A stretch of 63,507 bases of DNA, filler included, from Globobulimina sp. (GCA_003354225.1; 15 parts of 15 records of this genome joined end to end with filler, not necessarily neighbours in it); one strand, 5' to 3'. Shown: positions 21,736 through 35,295, counted from the first letter of the whole stretch. A program made the numbers and translations. Notes: generated by a model from the letters alone, not told the origin.

Positions 21736-23602
21736 ATGTCCATGTTTTCTTTTTTTAGTCAATCACTTTTCAAAAGATCCAATTGCAAATGTGTCACACC
21801 TCACAATATACGCTGTTGCAGTGCTACATTGAAAGAATATAGCCAACCATTTCGTATTTTAGATAGATCAATCAAAAAAGATGCCACATTCCAAAAAAAT
21901 CAACAAAATATGACCCAACTTTTAAATGATTTAAATCAAACACTAAATACAATTCGTATCGGTGGACCACAAGGAGCCATATCTAAACATCTGGAAAGAG
22001 GCAAATTGATGGTCAGAGAGCGTATTGCAAACATCTTGGACCCGGGATCTCCATTTTTAGAGTTATCACCTCTGGCTGGACACCAATTATATACCGAAAA
22101 GAATGCAAAAACAGGCACGTACCCTTTATACCACATCCTTGCGCTCGTAATATATATAAAAACACACTGAAGGCAAAGACGAGACAGTCTCAATTCCGTC
22201 AGCTGGCATTGTAACAGGAATTGGAAGGTATGGAAACTATATGGAAACGCTCTCAGCTCACTGCAATATACAAAATTGCAAATTACATAGAATCCATGGC
22301 ATTGACTGCATGCTCGTTGCCAATGACGCCACAGTCAAAGCGGGCATATATCATCCAATCACCGTCAAGAAACACGTGCGAGCTCAGGAGATTGCATTGC
22401 AATGCAACTTGCCTTGTGTATATATGGTAGACTCCGGCGGCGCAAACTTAACTTTGCAGTACGATGTATTCCCAGATAAGGAGCACTTTGGCCGCATATT
22501 TTATAATCAGGCACGTTTGTCCGCACTCAGAATCCCGCAGATCGCCATTGTTTTGGGCTCGTGCACGGCGGGCGGCGCCTACATCCCTGCCATGTGCGAC
22601 GAGTCTGTCATTGTACGCAAACAAGGCACCATATTCCTGGGCGGCGTGCCGTTGGTTAAGGCCGCAACGGATGAGGTCACTACGGAGGAGGCATTGGGCG
22701 GTGCCGACGTCCATTGTAAGATCAGCGGAGTGGCAGACTATTATGCTGAAAATGATAAACATGCGTTGGAAATCGGGAGGAATATCGTCAGCAATTTGAA
22801 TCGGACAGGGAATGTTTCTTCGAATGCGGCGGTTGAGCCCAAATGTGACATGAATGATATACTCGGATTGATACCGACTGATGTCACCATACAAATGGAT
22901 ATACGCAAAATCATTGCACGCATTGTGGACGGCAGCAAATTGGATGAGTTCAAGATGTATTATGGACAGACATTGGTGACTGGCTTTGCGTCGATTGATG
23001 GGATGCAATGTGGCATTGTGGCCAATAATGGTGTGCTGTTTAGCGAGTCTGCACAAAAAGGAGCACATTTCATAGAATTGTGTGCGCAGAGAAAAATACC
23101 ATTGATTTTCCTGCAAAATATTACTGGATTTATGGTGGGCACCAAAGTGGAGCATGAAGGCATTGCCAAGCACGGTGCAAAAATGGTGACTGCCGTGGCC
23201 TGTGCCAATGTGCCGAAAATCACGGTGATTGTGGGAGGCTCGTTTGGTGCGGGGAATTATGCCATGTGTGGCAGGGCATATAATCCGCGGTTTCTTTATA
23301 TGTGGCCCAATTCGAGGATTTCTGTCATGGGCGGCAACTCGGCGAAGATTGTACTGTCGATGTTGAAGCAGGAAGCCTTTGACAAAGCTAATAAAGAATG
23401 GGATGAGAAGGAAAAGGACGAATTTCAACAAGGCATCACGGATAAATATGAGACGGAGGGCATACCATATTTTTCATCGGCGAGATTGTGGGATGATGGA
23501 GTTATCGATCCGAGGGAAACCAGAAAAGTTTTATCTTTGTCGTTGAGGGCAAGTTTAAATGCACCATTGGAAGATACCACATTTGGTGTATTTAGAATGT
23601 AG
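21736..23602 (+). CDS. MCCC2: Methylcrotonyl-CoA carboxylase beta subunit, mitochondrial (3 exons)
   Basis: [57 protein letters not shown]-terminal FGVFRM. Introns 22115..22172 (GC-AG) and 22228..22290. Confidence 0.96.
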
Positions 23603-23650
23603 CACAATGATTTTCTAGTTTTGAAGTTTTAGTCAGTTTATGTCAACTTT

Positions 23651-24283
23651 ATGATAGTCAAGCTTTTTGTCGGCCGTCTGGTCTTTTGCCATTCAATTGG
23701 CAAATACACTAATTATGTGAGTAAACATCATTTGAGAAAAGGAAAAAGAGCATTCAGCACAATTGTGCCTTTTAAAGGAACGACACCAATGATATCAAAC
23801 AACGCATTTATAGCCGCAAATTCAGCATTGATAGGAGACGTAACCATTGATGAAGATGCAAGTATATGGTATGGCTGTGTACTCCGCGGAGACATTGCAT
23901 CAATTCGTGTTGGGAAAAGATCAAATGTTCAGGATGGCACCATAATTCATGTGAATTCTGCAAAACCAGATTTAAGTATTCCTCAAATAAATACAATCAT
24001 TGGGATGGATGTGACCATAGGACATCAATGCATTTTACATGCATGTCAATTGAAAGATAGATCATTTATTGGAATGCAATCGTGTGTTATGGATGATGCC
24101 ATTGTCGAATCGGATGCAATTGTCGCCGCTGGATCGTTAGTAACAATGGGAAAAGTAATAAAAAGTGGCGAGCTATGGGCCGGCAGACCTGCCAAATTTA
24201 TGAAAACATTGCTGCAATCTGAGATTGATCAAATATTGGAAAGTGCAAAGCGATATGTTGCATTAAGCAAAGATTATATGTAA
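23651..24283 (+). CDS. Gamma carbonic anhydrase family protein, probably mitochondrial
   Basis: Hexapeptide repeats, IWYGCVLRGD, SNVQDGTIIH, GHQCILHAC (three Zn-ligand His), ELWAGRPAK, and a basic presequence ending RAFS. Confidence 0.92.
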   Translation: MIVKLFVGRLVFCHSIGKYTNYVSKHHLRKGKRAFSTIVPFKGTTPMISNNAFIAANSALIGDVTIDEDASIWYGCVLRGDIASIRVGKRSNVQDGTIIHVNSAKPDLSIPQINTIIGMDVTIGHQCILHACQLKDRSFIGMQSCVMDDAIVESDAIVAAGSLVTMGKVIKSGELWAGRPAKFMKTLLQSEIDQILESAKRYVALSKDYM

Positions 24284-24382
24284 GTTAGCGCATACAATAC
24301 ATATTAATGCCAAATCCGAGATGTGGATTTTAAATGAATTTAAGAATAGTGTTTTTTTTGCATAATTGAACAGTTCGAAATC

Positions 24383-25307
24383 ATGTCAACAGACTCCGGC
24401 GATGATGCACCTGTCGAGATAACATTAACTCAATCGAAGGATCAAGTCGATAAACAAATTGTTGATGAAAAACTACATCACAAAAGGTATCGTTTTGAAA
24501 CTCAGCATAAAAACAATAAATATTTATAATTAATAATGTGTCCACAGACAAAGTAAGAATGCTAAAAAACGTAAACCACAGTGGGCCAAATCGCAAAAGA
24601 AAAAAGAAACCAAAGAAATGAGTGCCTCGCCATCCAAAGATGATGATTTTAAGGATGATAACGATTCGACTGAGCCACCAATAAAAAAAAGGAGAATAGT
24701 TACATGGATGGAAGAAAGTGATTTATTCCATCATAATAAAAATGAAATTGATGACACACAAATTGAGAAAACGCAAAATGAGAATCCTTATATGATTGAT
24801 GATGGTGACAATGAACCAGTGCACCCAGAGGTTGTTGATGAGGATGATGATGAAAATGAGGGAGTGCCCCAAGAGGTTATTGATTTATTTGAAGAGGCTG
24901 TTAAAGACTGTAAAACAGAAAAAGAACTCGAGGATAAATGGAAAGAAATTATTGATCAACAAAGTAGAAAATATGCACATTTAAAACATAAATTATCAAA
25001 ATTTGACAAAGTATTTATTAATGGATTTCAAATTGAGGTGAATGGAGTCGACAGATTAAATACCAGCGCTTTGAAAAGAGCATTGACAATGAAACATTTT
25101 TCTGAAAAAGGTCAGCATCGAATAGAATTTAATAAAAATATGTGTTTGGGATCAACTAAACCATCATTTGCATTCATTCAAGAAAGTGTAAATACTAAAC
25201 ACGACCCAAATAAAAAAGTAAGACCATCTTCATTTTGGGGCAGCAGATTGGCGCAGATGCAAAAAGCTGTGGAGACCGACGAATTGGAGAAATGGTTGGA
25301 ATGGTAA
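24383..25307 (+). CDS. Acidic/basic nuclear protein, weakly NOL7/Utp16-like (2 exons)
   Basis: Exon 1 MSTDSGDDAPVEITL... joins through intron 24487..24547 to ORF 24618..25307. NLS-like PPIKKRR. Confidence 0.5.
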
Positions 25308-25617
25308 ATGTGTTTGATTTGACTGTTATGTAAAATTTGATTCTGAATTATTGCTCAGTTGCGTTAGCCCTNNNNNNNNNNNNNNNNNNNNNNNNNNNNN
25401 NNNNNNNNNNNNNNNTTAATTAATTAANNNNNNNNNNNNNNNNNNNNNNNNNNNNNNNNNNNNNNNNNNNNATTTAAATTTATATTTGTTTTTGTAAAAC
25501 GTTCGTATCGAATGATATATTATAGTGAGACATATAATTGCTACATTAATCCAATCAAAAACCAAAAAGATATAACTTTTCCAATATTTATTCATGTGTT
25601 TGACCATGTAGATAATT

Positions 25618-25723
25618 ATGGGTACTTTTTCTCAAAGTGTGTTGACGAATGGCAGCTTCCTCAGTTTGCAATGCATATTCGCAACAAATGACATCTCATC
25701 ATACTTTCAGAGAAAGTACCCAT
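25618..25723. repeat. ~106-bp element with 24-bp imperfect terminal inverted repeats
   Basis: ATGGGTACTTTTTCTCAAAGTGTG ... CATACTTTCAGAGAAAGTACCCAT. Confidence 0.7.
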
Positions 25724-25779
25724 TTTGCTCTAATACCTTGAAGTGAGGTAAGCATTTGAGAAACACAAGCAACACGTTA

Positions 25780-28700
25780 TTATTGCATATTTATTACAAA
25801 CACACATCCTTTGGCACATAGTGCTACAATTTGTCTTTTATGATTATTATTATGAAATAATTTACATTGTATCATATCATTAAAGCAGCAATCACAATTT
25901 TTATTGTTTAAATCTAAACTATTTTTATGTTGTAAAATCTGATTATTATTATCAGTGGACATTAACGATATATTTCCGATTCGATTACAAATCAATATCT
26001 CCATTTCAATATATTTTTCATTTTCATTTTTATGGCAATTTAATAATAAATGTTTGGATGAATAAAAAACACCGTTCCATGACTTAATAATATTCAATAG
26101 CTCTAAATTTATATTTTCATCGTCATCCTGTTTGACTTTTATATTCATGATATCAATACCATTTTTTTCAAATAGTATTGATAATAAACATGTTTTTGAA
26201 TCATATACAATATCTTTAATAAAATCGGATAATGTAATATTTGAACATTTTATTAATTCATATTTATTCTTATAATTAACCACAAACAATAATAATTGAG
26301 AAGCCATTGAAACAATTAACAGTTTATATATTTTATAATTAAATGATATGATTTTATATGGAATTGATGTTGAAAATATAGATAATTTGTATCGGTGCAA
26401 TTCACTAAATTTAACAAATTTGTTTAGATTTTTATCAAATGCAACTTTAACTAATACAATGGATGAATCTACACATTTTTTAAAATATCCTTTCGACACT
26501 AAACTAATTGCAATGAAATATGATATCAAATTATTATTTTTATTCCCCTCACAATCTATAATATCAATATCCGTTACAACACATTGCGATAAATTTGCTT
26601 CATATTCAACAATTAAATTATTATTCACAAATAACGCATCCACATCAATAAAATTTAAAAGTGAGCAGTTTGAAACATATAACAAATGATTGGTTTGCTG
26701 TAAATATTTAATTTTTGAAATTGTTTTTCCAATTTTTGAATGACAACAATGCAGTCTCGGTTGTAATATTAATCGGACAATATCCATACATCCATTTACT
26801 ATCAACACCAAATATGGATCACCATCTTCAATAAATGGAACTGCGTACGTTACAGTACCATTATTTGCTGCGTAATTTAACGGCCATAATTCTAATTTAT
26901 TCTCTTTTGCATTTTTAAATAATATCCAACATCGTTCCGCGATACACAACAATGCATTTTTATCATTAAATTGTGTCATATTCAGGTTCATGTCATCCAT
27001 GTCTTGCTCATCAATATTTATTTGAATTGCTATTAAAATGATAGGCAAATCACCAATGTTTGAAATTGTTGCTGTGTTTGTATTGATAATTGGCGTTTTG
27101 TTATAATCCAACTCGTATTCAATTAACAAACCATTTCTTGTCCCAATATACAATGAATCATTCATAATCACCATACTGTGAACCACGATATTTTCCTGTG
27201 GTTCCATATTTAATTTCTCTTCGTCTTCATATGGATGTTCACTGTCGCTCTTTGATTCCGATATCAATGACAAGTTATTCAGTGAGAGGGATAAACTCAG
27301 TGCTTTAGATTTATATTCGTATATTTGTAATAAACCATTATATGTTGTTACAATCACTCCATTTTCTATGATTTTAATGCAACTTATTTCATCCGCCAAC
27401 TGCACGGAATATATCATTTTCAGCATATTTGCATGCGATAATTGATAAACACTCAACTCATACTTCGATGTGATAACAGCAGCCATATTTTTATGTATCT
27501 CTGCATATATTATACTGGCATTATTTCCATGCATTACCGGTATACATAAATCATTCAATATTCCATTGTTTATATCAATAACAAACAATCCATTTGCTGT
27601 GATTTGCAATAAAATATCCTTTGTAATATATCCAACAGATAATGTTTCTGCATTGGTTTCAAAGCCATTTATTTGCAATTCAGGTAAATTGTGCTCGGAC
27701 AAACAGCGAATTCGCGTTTGATCCGCAATGACAAAAACTAATAATTTGTTCTCGACATTGATTATTTTGGATAAATATTTATAACCACTTTGCGGCTCAC
27801 TCAATAGCGATTGTGTGGGTATAATGCACTCATATTTGCCTATACAAGTTCCCATATTATAACCATAGGAAACATATATAACTTCATCATAAAATAATTT
27901 ATGTTTTCTTGCTTTTACAGCATTCATTATACCATTCACCTGTGGAATAAATACGGCTGAGCTCACATTACATGTCAACTGTTCTGACATTAACAGCAAT
28001 TTATGCGAGGACAACTCACCAAATATAAACCCAAAATGTTTATTCCCTAACGAGTCAAACAATATTTTACTGACATTTACATATTTTAACACATGGTACG
28101 CTTTGAAACTAATCAACTCTGATTTTTCATGCCGAATTCCTTCCAAATTCATATAATACACATATCCATTATACGTAGCAATAAATATCACAGATAATAC
28201 TTTATGATATTCAACAAACATTATCATATCATCCATAGTCATAGAACCTAACAACGGCAATTTAAACATTTCCAATGCTTTGTTATACGGATTATCTTTG
28301 TAATGAAACATGGCAAAATCAAACACAATCAATCCATCATAATCTGATAGTTTTATAAACTGTTTTGGAAATAAAGACGGCATCAAACTTTGTCCATGAT
28401 CATGATGCAAATTCTTTGTGTTTCTCCGAATAATCTCATGTTTTATTATTTTTTTCAGTGTTTCTAAATGAATTGAATGTTGGTGGCACATCATCATCAA
28501 AAATGTATCATTGTTCAATAAGTCCTGTAACTTACAAACATTCCACGTTTTGAACTGAATGGGAACATTAATAAGCTCTGTATTGTCACCGCATTTATAC
28601 TCTTTTTCATCAGAGTGGTCCACGATTGATATCGTTCGCACACTTTCAGCATTTTTGGAGATCATTAATTTGTTATTTTGGTCAAAAAGTGTCACCGAAT

Positions 28701-29339
28701 CTGACAGTATTTTACTTTTATTGTGTTGGGAATAAACAATTACAAAATTAATATCAACGGCGTTTTTCTCTTTTTGCTCCGTTCGAATAAAGTTAAAATC
28801 CCATATTGCTCCATTAATACAACGAACCTGCCACAAGGAATCCATTCTATTTTGGTTCTTTGCTGTAAGTAACACATCTTTGCTATTATTGTCAGTCAAA
28901 TATTGAAAACAAAGCACGTGTTTCCACAGAATTGGTATAAACAGAATCACGTTGCCTAAAAATGAAAATATTGATAATACCATCATATTATCCATGTTTA
29001 AACAGCGTAATTTCCAATCATTGAGCATTAATAAGTGAGCTGCATAATTTTTTTATTTCTCATTTTTGACATTCAAAACAGTGCAAGGATATATACAGTA
29101 TTTAACACTTAACATTGTGATTTTTGTTTCAATTCATTTAGAAAAGTATCATATTTATAATTTGTATCTGGTCGAATCAGCCATAAAACAAAAGTATTTG
29201 AAATTTCATTGAAAATATCAACATAAAACCAACCAAAGTGACCATTTTCAAATAGAATTAAGATAGAATCCCATTCACATACTGAAGAACGAAAAGATTC
29301 ATATTTTTGATCAATTTCTGTTTTCAATAAATGTTGCAT
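25780..29339 (-). CDS. Large multi-beta-propeller protein, DDB1/CPSF160/SF3B3 (MMS1_N) superfamily, divergent
   Basis: GFETNAETLSVG.....ILLQIT.NG, EISCI, LYIGTRNGLL, IGDLPI.L. Intron 29040..29113. Start uncertain. Confidence 0.65.
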
Positions 29340-29714
29340 TGAATTTTGTCTTTTGACAGAATGTATTTCTTTTATTTTTGAGTCGTAATTGAGTGAGATA
29401 TTATTTATGACACAATTGGAATGAATGCCATCCTCATCATCTTCACTATCGACAGAATGTACGGATAGGCGATGTTTCTGTGCAGATGTCGTTTTTTGTT
29501 AATTATTACAGATTTACGCAACAAAGGTATTATTATCAAGTGATAATGGTGGAAATTCTTTTGGAGATTATGATGTTTGTTTTAATATGTCAGCTGCAGT
29601 TGAAATTGATGCTGNNNNNNNNNNNNNNNNNNNNNNNNNNNNNNNNNNNNNNNNNNNNTTAATTAATTAANNNNNNNNNNNNNNNNNNNNNNNNNNNNNN
29701 NNNNNNNNNNNNNN

Positions 29715-30360
29715 TCGTATTATGATTTGTTTTAAAACTCCATTTTTGTTCGTCCGCTATTATTTCAATTAAAAATCCCATCATAAATATGAGCAAACCA
29801 ATATAATCAATCATACCCAACGGTATACTCACATTTACCTCATTATCTTTTAAATTAAATATAAATAGGCACAAACAAACAAGAAATATCCAAACTGATT
29901 GTGCAATATGCGCAAATAAATAGAAACATGCGGCATGTTTAATTTGTTCAAATCTAAAATCCGAGCCTCTCATTATCATTCTAATAAAGCAGAATGTTCC
30001 TAATCTTATATCCCAGATAATTACACAGCAATTAATTAATATTTTACGTGTTGACAAATCATATAATTCTGTCTTTGATAAGATACTCCATAATAAAGTT
30101 ATTAATAATGATATCTCACCATTTAAATCAAAAAAATGTCCAGTTTGAGAATTGTATGCAAATATCCATGCTATTGCATGTGTTACAGTTGGTATTAATG
30201 CTAATATAAAGAAATAAAATCCTGATCCATAATATATATCTAAACACGTTGAAAATGCATATAAAAATAGCAACTGTGCAATTGTCAATATCAAAAATAA
30301 TATTGGTGAATTTTTTGCAGTCAGTTGATTGCTTTGCACTTGTTTGAGATATGCTTCCAT
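29715..30360 (-). CDS. DUF1295 / steroid 5-alpha reductase-like membrane protein, 3'-partial
   Basis: HFFDLNG, W..RLG.F.F.R....G.DFRFEQIK, AQSVW, GFLIEIIADEQKW.FK. Confidence 0.88.
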
Positions 30361-30420
30361 GCTTATTTTTCCTAGTCACTCACTCAAAATCTTTGTGAGG
30401 ATTTTTTAAACAAACCAACC

Positions 30421-31638
30421 ATGTTACCAAGATTGCTGAGTACAGCGATTCGTTCTTCATTTAAAAATGGAACAAACAAATGCATGCGGAATACTATTTT
30501 TTACAATGCACTGTTCAGACCACAAAATCGTCTCTTTACAATCACCACTGTGCATGTACCAAATATGGGCGACTCCATTACCGAAGGCACCTTAGTGGAA
30601 TGGACAAAAAATGTCGGCGATTCTTGCCAAGTGGATGATGTAATCGCAGTCATCGAAACCGATAAAGTATCCATTGATATAAGAACAGATCATTCTGGTG
30701 TTATCACGGAGCAGTTGGCCAATATCGATGATACATTAGAAGTCAATGCTGCGTTATTCACAATCGACACTGCCGCAGACGTCAAACCTGCAGACACCAC
30801 ATCAGAGACTGTTGCAACACCAACAACCACCACACCTCAACCACCACCCACAACAACCCCCACACCTCCAGCACCTCCAAAACCAGCCACAAAAGCGCCT
30901 CCCCCACCACCTGCACCCTCGGCAAATGCATTCATGGATCGATCGCAAAACAGAGTGGTAATGAGCCGGATGAGACAGCGTATATCGCAAAGATTGATGG
31001 AAGCGCAGGAATCCACTGCTTCGTTAACCTCATTTAATGAGATTGATATGACAAATATAATAACAGTGCGGAATAAATATAAGGATAAATTTGCGGATAA
31101 ATTCGGAATAAAATTGGGATTTATGTCCGCATTTGTCAGTGCATCCTGCAGTGCATTACAATATATGCCTGCTGTCAATGCCTATATTGATGGCAAAGAG
31201 ATTGTGTACAATAATTATTGTGACATTTCAGTAGCTGTGGCCTCGCCGACTGGTTTGGTTGTGCCAGTCATAAGGAATGCCAATGTTTTGTCCTTTTCAC
31301 AAATTGAAGCAGAAATAATGAATTATGCAAACAAAGCGAAGAATGGTACTTTATCATTGGAAGAAATGAGCGGCGGAACATTTACAATATCAAATGGTGG
31401 CGTATTTGGCTCGTTATTTGGTACACCGATCATAAATCCACCACAGTCTGCGATATTAGGCATGCATGGCACATTCGAGAAACCAGTGGCAATTAATGGA
31501 CAGGTTGAAGTGCGACCAGTTATGATGGTTGCCTTGACCTATGATCATAGGATTATTGATGGGAGAGAAGCTGTGTTGTTTTTAAAAAGAATTAAGGAAT
31601 GCATTGAAGATCCGGTGAGAATGTTACTTGATATTTAA
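30421..31638 (+). CDS. DLST: Dihydrolipoyl succinyltransferase (2-oxoglutarate dehydrogenase E2)
   Basis: Lipoyl motif IETDKV, P/T linker, [31 protein letters not shown]. Confidence 0.97.
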   Translation: MLPRLLSTAIRSSFKNGTNKCMRNTIFYNALFRPQNRLFTITTVHVPNMGDSITEGTLVEWTKNVGDSCQVDDVIAVIETDKVSIDIRTDHSGVITEQLANIDDTLEVNAALFTIDTAADVKPADTTSETVATPTTTTPQPPPTTTPTPPAPPKPATKAPPPPPAPSANAFMDRSQNRVVMSRMRQRISQRLMEAQESTASLTSFNEIDMTNIITVRNKYKDKFADKFGIKLGFMSAFVSASCSALQYMPAVNAYIDGKEIVYNNYCDISVAVASPTGLVVPVIRNANVLSFSQIEAEIMNYANKAKNGTLSLEEMSGGTFTISNGGVFGSLFGTPIINPPQSAILGMHGTFEKPVAINGQVEVRPVMMVALTYDHRIIDGREAVLFLKRIKECIEDPVRMLLDI

Positions 31639-31866
31639 ACTTTCGTCTTTTTAATATGAATGTGGTCAATGACGTGCATGACACTTTGTATTCACCAATC
31701 ATGGATGAGACATGAGTTGGCTTCAAATTCTATGTTTCCCATAAGAAATATCACCATGTTGAAATAGTTAAATAGTTACAAAAACATTTGTTAGTAAGCT
31801 TCTCAAACAAGCAATAACGATTTCTTTGGATCCATGGATAAACTGAATACCCCAAATAATCCCTAA

Positions 31867-31970
31867 ACTGCACACAACTAATGAGCCAATTTATTGTGGT
31901 GAGCGAACAACTCCAAAAGTTGAAGTCCGATCACCACAATGAAAATTAGCTCAATAGTTGTGACTGCAGT
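31867..31970. repeat. ~104-nt imperfect long hairpin between convergent genes
   Basis: ACTGCACACAACTAATGAGCCAATTTATTGTGGTGAGCG pairs with CGATCACCACAATGAAAATTAGCTCAATAGTTGTGACTGCAGT. Confidence 0.75.
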
Positions 31971-32073
31971 GAAGCGATGCATTTTAAATAAAAAAAATAA
32001 GCATAATTATTAAATAATTAAATCAACATCGTCAATAATATGTAATGCTTGATTTTTTTTTGTTTGAATGGCA

Positions 32074-33715
32074 TCAATTGACTATGAAAATAGCACTAAG
32101 ATCCAAACAAAATGCAGTGACAGCCAATAATATGGTAAAAATAAAAAGATATAAAGTTTTCTTTGTTTTTTGCGACAACATTTGTTTTCCAATATCTGTT
32201 TCACCAAATGATGAACAACTGGTGCTACGGTATGTTGTTTCGACATCAGATAATAAAACATCAGTGTCCAATGGTTTCATTTCGATATTACTCCGATCCA
32301 ATAATGACTTATGATGTTTACTAATTGCAATCAACGACCATTCAGATTGTGGTCGCAACAATGATTTATAATAAAAAAAAACTGGCAAAACAAAATTAAT
32401 AAAAGATGCAAATATAACACCTGACCAATTTAATATAAAATTAAAACCATTGCCATGATATAAAAATATTGCTAAAATAAACGGTATCCAAATTGCAACA
32501 ATATTTGCGGACCGTTTTTGCTTTAAAATATGAGTATTTATTAAATTATATCGAATAATGGTCGCAAACACAGGAATGCCGGATAAACATTGTAAAATTG
32601 GATAAAAATAGCATGAAATTGGTCCAATATATCGGAAAAATAATATCAATTCTGGATCGGTAATGTTTTGGCTTGGTTCAAAATGATTTAATTTTGATAA
32701 TAAATCTCCAGTTGTTTTATAATAGGAATAAAACGAAATCCCTCCAAAATATCCAATCAATATAAAACAAAATGCAGTCGCAATACAGGTGTACAACAAT
32801 ACTTTTTTAGGGCAAACATACTGTTTTTTCTCATTCAACCAAGAAGGAAATGCGCACAGAAACGCAATATTATAAAAATTAATACTTAATGTCTGATAAA
32901 CAGCTGTTGTGGCAACAGGAACATTGTCGACATCAAATTCTGCACTAAACGACAGCATAAAACACCACAATATCATGAGAAGAATTGTACCGTAGGTTCC
33001 AACGTATTGAATCCATATAGCTTCACTTAGGTTTTTCATACAAAATGGAATGATAAATATGTAAATAATAAGTGTCCCAATGGAGAATGTGTAGGTATTA
33101 CCATGGTCATTGCAGGTAAATGGAGAGATTGAGTCAATGCAATGATTCTTTGTAAAGCCCATAGAATGGAATGGAAAGTATATAAAACCAACAGAATCGC
33201 CAAATATTCTGGCAATGGCAAGGTCCAATGTTTGGCAGGTTTGAATTAAGGAACCAATTAAAAATGCCATCATAAATAAAATATACATTAATTGACAAAA
33301 TTTCATCCAAATATTGTTTCTCATCGAGGAGTTTGTGTGAAACCCCATGTAATATTGAATAAGGTCCAAGTATTCGATGCGCAGATCGTCATTCTTATTA
33401 TGTGGTATCCTGCGAATTGATTCGGTTAACATAATGCCAATCGAATAAGACATAATACATAATAGTATGCTGCAGAAAGCAGATGGCAGCCATCCAGCTT
33501 CTTGGTACAATGCTGGCAATAATACCAATCCACTGTACGTTTTTAGTATTTATATTGTTTGTTGTGGTGCTTTTTCGGTTAATGAATCGATTTATATTTG
33601 CACTTAACGGTCCAACTGTATTGTTGACGAACAGGAATACACTGCCAAGTGTTGTAATTGTTTTTGATGTATCAGATGAGGCCCCAAATGGTGCGCTGTT
33701 AGTTGTTACTGACAT
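32074..33715 (-). CDS. Amino-acid permease (Aa_trans/AAAP family, 2 exons)
   Basis: TITTLGSV..FVNNTVGPGLVLLP.LYQEAGW after removing intron 33533..33608. About 11 TM segments, PSWLNEKK. Confidence 0.87.
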
Positions 33716-34173
33716 CGTGGTTCCACTTAAAAAATTAAAAAAAAAACGTACTTCAAAAAAACACCACATTCATGGCACATATAAATGAACAGAATGAACA
33801 AGATGAAAATAAAAATGATTGGACAGGAAAAATGTATGTTATGTCCCTCTACCTATNNNNNNNNNNNNNNNNNNNNNNNNNNNNNNNNNNNNNNNNNNNN
33901 TTAATTAATTAANNNNNNNNNNNNNNNNNNNNNNNNNNNNNNNNNNNNNNNNNNNNTCATCGAAAAACCACAGGGAACAAGTTTGCTTTATCGTCTATGG
34001 CAGCGACAAACGCTTCTTTAACAGCGTTGTAAGCCAGCTCATGGGAGATAAGCTTTGATGTTTGCGCTTCAGATAAATAAATCATATTACCAACCTTGTA
34101 CTCTATTCCAAACGTCATAACTGCCGCTGTTAGCATCAAAAACATGAGAACATTGCTACCATTACAAGGAAGA

Positions 34174-35279
34174 ATGACGGAGACCAATAAAATATTGGAT
34201 CTATCTTCCGTCATTGATAAACTTGGCACCTACACAGTAAAGGATTCATTCATTTCTAACAGCTGGTTTTTGGATGAATTGTCATGTCAAATTTTTTGTT
34301 ATCCCCAAAAGGGTGAAAATGGCGATAAAATTGGAATATATCTTCGGGTCTCAGAATCCGAAACAAATGACCGCAAAACAATATATTTTATTGTGACATG
34401 GGGCAAAGAAAGACGTGGTGTTTTGAAGCCTGCGACTACTTTTACAGAAGGACGCGGATGGAAAAATATCGCACATTCGTCGGTTAAAAAGAATCCAAAT
34501 ATTCAAATTAATATTAAATTATATCATGATGTTATTTTTGTGCCACCGATTGAGACACAAACGTTTCCACAGCAACATCAGACGATGCATGAAATGAGTC
34601 AGCTGTACGGTGATATTACTTTGATTGTTAAATTACGTCGAGATACCGACGGTGGATCTGATATTTGTGATGATTCATATTCTCCACCTTTGAAAAAAAG
34701 AAAATTAAATGCAAATATTAATGATGAAAATGATTTTGAGATTCGTATTAGTAGTGTTATTCTAAGATCTGCGTCAAAAGTATTTGACAGAGTTTTAACT
34801 ACAAATATGAGAGGAAAACAGGCGAAAAAGATTGAAGTTCATGCAAAAACAATTCGTGATGTCAAGGTAGTGTAATATTAATGTAATATGCATGTAATTA
34901 TACAGCAAACAATCTTGTTTTCATTTGAATTAATAGCATGCATATAATATACTGACAAAATGTGTGAAGGATTTAACTTATTTTATGAGTACGAATAAAT
35001 TAAAGAGTGATAGTAATGCATTAAATATGATTGAATTGGCACATTATTATGAAATGGATAGATTATTTTCGGAATGTATTGTTAAATTAATTGGAGATAT
35101 CTCGGTGGATAATTTTGTAAAAACAATTTGCACATTTGATAAATATAAAATTTTCAAAGGATATGGCGTTTTGGTACAATTTGCAAAGCAAAATGTGCAA
35201 CAATTGAAAAAAAACAGATGATTTTGAACGAATTCCTCATGCGTTTAAAGTTGGTATTTTAAACATTCAAGGTATATAA
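34174..35279 (+). CDS. MATH-like + BTB/POZ protein with an apparent +1 frameshift near the 3' end
   Basis: YPQKG....IGIYLR...GRGW, then GDITLIV...ILRSASKVFDRVL...M, IELAHYYEMDRL..EC. Intron 34867..34969. A8 run at 35207..35214. Confidence 0.75.
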
Positions 35280-35295
35280 CATTGATTTGTTTGAA

